Assembly (NCBI RefSeq): GCF_963921235.1
Contig: NC_086104.1
Coordinates: forward strand, 20,832,001-20,896,000
DNA: 64,000 nt
Source of the DNA: Mobula hypostoma
Lineage: Eukaryota
Direction: 5' to 3'
The notes below the pieces were generated by a model that had not been told where the DNA came from, searched no databases, and saw only the letters and a list, made by a program, of their open reading frames with translations. Position 1 is the first letter of the stretch; every line of letters starts with the position of its first letter. This document shows, one piece after another, positions 59,000 through 64,000 of the stretch. A program made the position numbers and the translations under genes.

Positions 59000-61900
59000 A
59001 TTTCAATCAGATCCACTGCCCGATTAGAAAAGACAGCAGGCAGGTCGAAACAGCAAATTGGGATTGATTAGCAAGAGCAAATTTATTAAAGGCGGGGCAA
59101 GCACAGTAGCCATCATCTGAGTGGACAGAATCAGAGTGCTGATCTTGAGGCTTCAGCTCTTCGAGGTTTCAGTGAAAAGGGTTCCATCAGAGAAAGCAAA
59201 GCGAAGAAAAGAAAAGCTCTAGGTTAAGTTTCTTTTATTCCCGCTTCCCTTCTTTGCCTGGCATCTCTACTGTCCGAGCTGAGCAGATACAGAGTAGCTA
59301 AATGCTCCTCTTGTGGGATGGGGGAAGGCAGAGAGGTCTCCAGTGTCCCTGATAACTACAAGAAGTGCATCCAGCTGCAGTTTCTAACAATCCACGTTAA
59401 GGAGATGGGGCTGGAAATGGATCAACTCCGGATCACTCAGGAGAGTGCGGGGGTGATAGATAAGACATATAAAAGTAGTCACACCCAAGGCGCAAGACAC
59501 AGAAAACTGGGCGACATTCAGGAAGGGGAAAGGGGTTAAGCAGCCAGTGCAGAATACATCTGTGGCCATCCCCCTCAATAACTCAATAACAGGTATATCA
59601 CTTTGGATACTATCGGGGGGGGGGGGGGGGAATGACCTAACAGAGGGAAGTCACGGTGGTCAGGTCTTTGGCACTGAGTCTGCCTCTGTGACTCGAAGGG
59701 AAGGGATGGTGGCGGGGGGGGGGGGGAAAGAGAAGAAGAGGCACATTAGGGAATTCATTAATTAGGGGAACAAACAGGAGGTCCTGTGGGCGGGAAGTGC
59801 CAGGATCTGGAAATTACGAATCAAGTCCTCATCGTTCTTAAGTGGGAGGGTGAGCAGCTAGAACTCATGGTCCACGTACGTGCCACTGACATGGGTAGGA
59901 CAAGTGATGAGGATCTGCATAGGGAGTTAGGTGCTAAGTTAAAGGCAGGACCTCTAGGGTTGTGATCTGAGGATTGCTACCCGTGCCATGTGCTAGTGAG
60001 GCCAGAACTTGAAAGGTTATAGAGTTTAATAGTTGCAGGGTGACTTGTATCCTAATCTGTGTATATTTCAATGGAAGTATCATCATAGGAAAGGTGGATA
60101 ATAATGCTGAAGATGAGGTAGCTGGTTTACAAACAGAGGCAATGTGCAGTGAAGAGAGACTGTTGATAGGGCAAAATTGCAGTCAACAGGATGAGTTGCA
60201 ACGTAAAAGGCAGACAAAACCGAGAAGGGTGAATACAGGACTGAAGGTATTATATTTGAATCCGCGCAGTATTCGGAATAAGGCTGATGAACTTGTAGCA
60301 CAGTTGCAACTCGGCAGGTATGATGTTGCTGGCATCACTGAATTATGACTGAAAGAAGATTACACCTGGGAGCTTAATGTCCAAGGATACACGTTGTATC
60401 AAAAGGACATGCGGAAAGGCAGAGGGAGCAGGATTGTTCTGTCGGTAAAAAATTAAATAGGTGAGATAGGGTCAGAAAGTGTTACATCATTGTGAATACA
60501 GCTAAGGACCTGCAAGTGGAAAAAGACCCTGATGGGAGTTTTACCAGACCCCCAAACAACAGCAAGGATGTCAGAATCAGGTTTAATATCACGAATTTGT
60601 GTCGTGAAATTTGTTAACTTAGCAGCAATAATGCAATACTTGATAATAAAGGAAAAAAGTCAATTATAGCAAGTATCTGTATATTAAATAGTTAAATTAA
60701 AAATAGTGGAAATAATATCAAAAAGTGAGGTAGTGTTCATGGGTTCAATATCCATTTAGGAGTCAGATGGCAGAGGGGAAGAAGTCATTCTGAAGCACTG
60801 AGTGCGTGACTTCAGGCATCTGTACCTCCTTCCTGGCGGTAACAATGAGAACGGGGCATGTCCTAGATGATGAAGGTCCATAAAAGAAGACACCTTTCTG
60901 AGGCACCGCTTCTTGAAGATGCCCTGGATACTACGGAGGCTAGTACCCAAGACGGAGCTGACTAATTTAACAACTTCTTGTAGCTTCTTTCAGTCCTGTG
61001 CAGTAGCCCCCCCTCCCCCCCATACCAGACACTGAATCAGACTGAATGCTCTCCATGGTACGTCGTACAGAAGTTTGAGTGTTTTAGGTGACAAACCAAA
61101 TCTCCTCAAACTCCAAATGAAATATAGCCACTGTGTCTTGCCTTCTTTACAGCTGCATCGATATGTTGGGACCAGGTTAGATCCTCAGAGATATTGACAC
61201 CCAGGAACTTGAAATTGATCACTCTCTCCACTTCTGAGCCCCCTATGAAGATGGTTTGTGTTCCCTTGTCTTACCCAACCTGAAGTCCACAATCACCTCT
61301 TTGGTCTTACTGACACTGACTGCAAGGTTGTTGCTGCGACACCACTCAACTAGATGTTACATCTCACTCCTGTACGCCCTCTTTTTTCCATCTGACATTC
61401 TACCAACATTGGTTGTATCATTCATTTGGATGTGGTCTACAAATTACAACTGAACATAGAAAATGGACGCCAAAAAGACAATGTTACAATAGTCATGCAA
61501 GATTTCAACGTGCAGGTAGTTTGGGAAAATCAGGTTGGTGCTGGATTCCAGAAGGGAGAATTTCTACAATACCTACAAGATGGCTTTTTACAGCAGCTTG
61601 TGGTTGAGCCCACTGGGAGATAAGCTGTTCTGGATTGGGTGTTGTGGAATGAGCCAGAATTGATTAGAGAGCTTAAGGTAAAAGAACCCTTAGGGGTAGT
61701 GATCATAATATGATCGAATTCATCCTGAAATTTGAGAAGGAGAAGCTAAAGTCAGATGTGTCAGCACTACAGTGTGGTAAAGGGAATTACAGAGGCATAA
61801 GAGAGGAGATGGCCAGAATTGAGAGGAAAAGAACACTAACAGGGATAACGACAGACCAGCAAAGGCTGGAATTTTTGGAAGCAATTCAAAGGCACAGGAT

Positions 61901-63552
61901 ATATGCATCCCAAACAGGAAGTACTATTCTAAAGGAAAGATGACACTATCATGGCTAACCAGTCAAAGCCAACATAAAAGCCAAAGAGAGGGGATATTAT
62001 AGAGCGAAAATTAGAAGGAAGTTAGAAGATTGGGAAGATTTAAAAACCAACAGAAGGCAACTAAAAAGTCATAAAGGTAAAGATGGAATATGAAAATAAA
62101 CCAACCAATAATATTAAAGAGGATACCAAAAGTTTCCTCAGATACATAAAGTGTAAAAGAGGCAAGAGTGGATATCAGACTGCTGGAAAACGAAGCTGGA
62201 AAGGTAGTAATGGGGGGCAAGGAAATGGCGGTTAACTGAATAACTATTTCGCACCATTGGAGACACTAGCAGCATGGTGGAAGTTCCAGGTGTCAGGAGT
62301 CATGAAGTCTGTGAAGTTACCATTGCTAGAGAGAAGGTTCTTAGGAAACTCAAAGGTCTGAAGGTGAATAAGTTAGCTGGACCAGATAGTATACACTTCA
62401 GGGTTCCGAAAGAGGTGGATGAAGAGATTGTGGAGGAATCTTTCACGAACCACTAGTTTCTGGAATGGTTCCAAAAGACTAGAAAATTGCAAATATTACT
62501 CCACTCTTCAAGGGAGAGAGGCAGAAGAAAAGAAACTATAGGTCAGTTAGTCTGACTTCGGTGGTTGGGAGGGTGTTGGAGTCGACTGAGGTGGTCGTCT
62601 TAGCGTACTTGGAGACACATGATAAAATAGGCCACAGTCAGCATGGTTTTCGCAAGGGAAAATCTTACCCGACAAATCTGTTGGAATTCTTTGTAGAAAT
62701 AACAAGCAGGATAGACAAAAGGAGAATCGGTTGATGTTGTGTATTGGATTTTCAGAAGGCCTTTGTCAAGGTACCACACGAGGTTGCTAACAAGCTATGA
62801 GTGCACAGTATTACAAGAAAGATTCTAGCATGGACAAAGCAGTCATTGATTGGCAGGAGGCAAAGAGTGGGAATAAAGGGACCCTTTTCTGGTTGGCTGC
62901 CAGTGACTAGTGGTGTTCCACAGGGGTTTGTGTTGGGACCAATTCTTATCATGTTATATATCAATGATTTGCATAGTGGAACTGATGGTTTTGTTGCTAA
63001 GTTTGCAGACGATATGAAAATAGCTAGATGGGCAGGTAGGTCGAGGAAGTAAAGAGGTTACAGAAGGACTTAGATTAGGAGAACAGGCAAAGAAATGGCA
63101 GATGGAATACAGTGTCAGGAAATGTGTGCTCATGCTCTTTGGTAGAAGAGATGAAAGGGTTGACTATTTTCTAAATAAAGAGAAAATACAATAAAAAATC
63201 TGAGGAGCTAAGGAACTTGGCAGTCCTTGTGCAGGATTCCCTAAAGGTTAATTTGCAGGTTGAGTCTGTGGTGAGGAAGGCAAATACAATGTTAACATCC
63301 ATTTCAAGAGGACTAGAATATAAAAGCAAGGACGTAATGTTCAGACTTTATGAAGCACTAGTGAGGCCTCACTTGGGAGTATTGTGAGCAGGTTTGGGCT
63401 CCTCACCTTAGAGAGGATATGCTAAAACTTGAGAGAGAGTTCAAAGGAGGCTCATGAAAATGAAAATGGTTCCAGGATTGAATAGCTTATCATTTGAAGA
63501 GCATTTGATGGCTCTGGGCCTATATTTACTAGAACTCAGAAGAATGAGGGGT
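59000..63552 (+). mobile_element. Long decayed CR1 LINE (ORF1 remnant plus APE/RT ORF2), interrupted by Rex1 and Penelope
   Basis: KCSSCGM...KKCIQLQ ORF1 remnant; LKVLYLNPRSIRNK, QDFN, SDHNMIEF, GVPQGFVLGP and FADD. Confidence 0.85.
60571..61420 (-). mobile_element. Rex1/Babar 3' fragment inserted into the CR1
   Basis: HHLGHAPFSLLPPGRRYRCLK; tail ...taaacctgattctga. Confidence 0.75.
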
Positions 63553-64000
63553 GAACAACAGGAATTCTGCAGATGCTGGAAATTCAAGCAACATACATCA
63601 AAGTTGCTGGTGAACGCAGCAGGCCAAGCAGCATCTATAGAAAGAGGTGCAGTCGACGTTTCAGGCCGAGACCCTTCGTCAGGACTAACTGAAGGAAGAG
63701 TGAGTAAGGGATTTGAAAGTTGGAGGGGGAGGGGGAGATCCAAAATGATAGGAGAAGACAGGATGGGGAGGGATAGAGCCGAGAGCTGGACAGGTGATAG
63801 GCAAAAGGGGATACGAGAGGATCATGGGACAGGAGGTCCGGGAAGAAAGACAAGGGGGGGGGTGACCCAGAGGATGGGCAAGAGGTATATTCAGAGGGAC
63901 AGAGGGAGAAAAAGGAGAGTGAGAGAAAGAATGTGTGCATAAAAATGAGTAACAGATGGGGTACGAGGGGGAGGTGGGGCCTTAGCGGAAGTTAGAGAAG
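63553..64000 (-). mobile_element. Penelope-like element 3' end (ORF terminus FSNFR*, pyrimidine-rich 3' UTR, hammerhead); continues beyond the window
   Basis: Reverse complement of 63982-64000 is cttctctaacttccgctaa; terminal repeat shared with 21693-21824 and 54084-54213. Confidence 0.85.
63650..63687 (-). ncRNA. Minimal type I hammerhead ribozyme motif
   Basis: UAGUC-CUGACGA-A-GGGU(CUCG)GCCU-GAAAC-GUC-GACUG: 5-bp stem I, intact core, palindromic ACGU stem III. Confidence 0.75.

Noticed and set aside
1-64000. CRISPR arrays, prokaryotic operons, tRNA/rRNA/snoRNA genes
   Set aside because: None seen; the locus is a spliced vertebrate gene, and the tRNA-like text is limited to SINE heads

Overview
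Eukaryotic (vertebrate) genomic DNA, most likely a cartilaginous fish (ray or shark), inferred from the repeat families. The only host gene is BIRC6 (BRUCE/Apollon) on the minus strand. I traced 19 consecutive GT-AG coding exons (57775 down to 7910; 4031 nt, phases consistent; about exons 3-21 by recalled human numbering), including the BIR zinc-binding domain. The 5'-most and 3' exons lie outside the window. The introns are packed with transposable elements, often nested: an L1 with intact ORF1 joined head-to-head to an ORF2-deleted L1, a near-intact Rex1/Babar LINE, many CR1 and Rex1 fragments, Tc1, Tigger, hAT/Charlie and MITEs, a HERO-like remnant, a solo LTR, SINEs and Penelope-like ends. 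The most interesting signals are RNA-level. They include minimal type I hammerhead ribozyme motifs in the Penelope-like ends (one intact on the BIRC6 pre-mRNA strand, and a 201-bp palindrome with back-to-back cores), long inverted repeats that could drive dsRNA editing or back-splicing, and a hydrophobic leader plus YXXXXL-phi (eIF4E-binding-like) motif at the Rex1 ORF N-terminus. No new multi-gene system is evident. TE boundaries without a TSD are approximate, and identities were estimated by eye.
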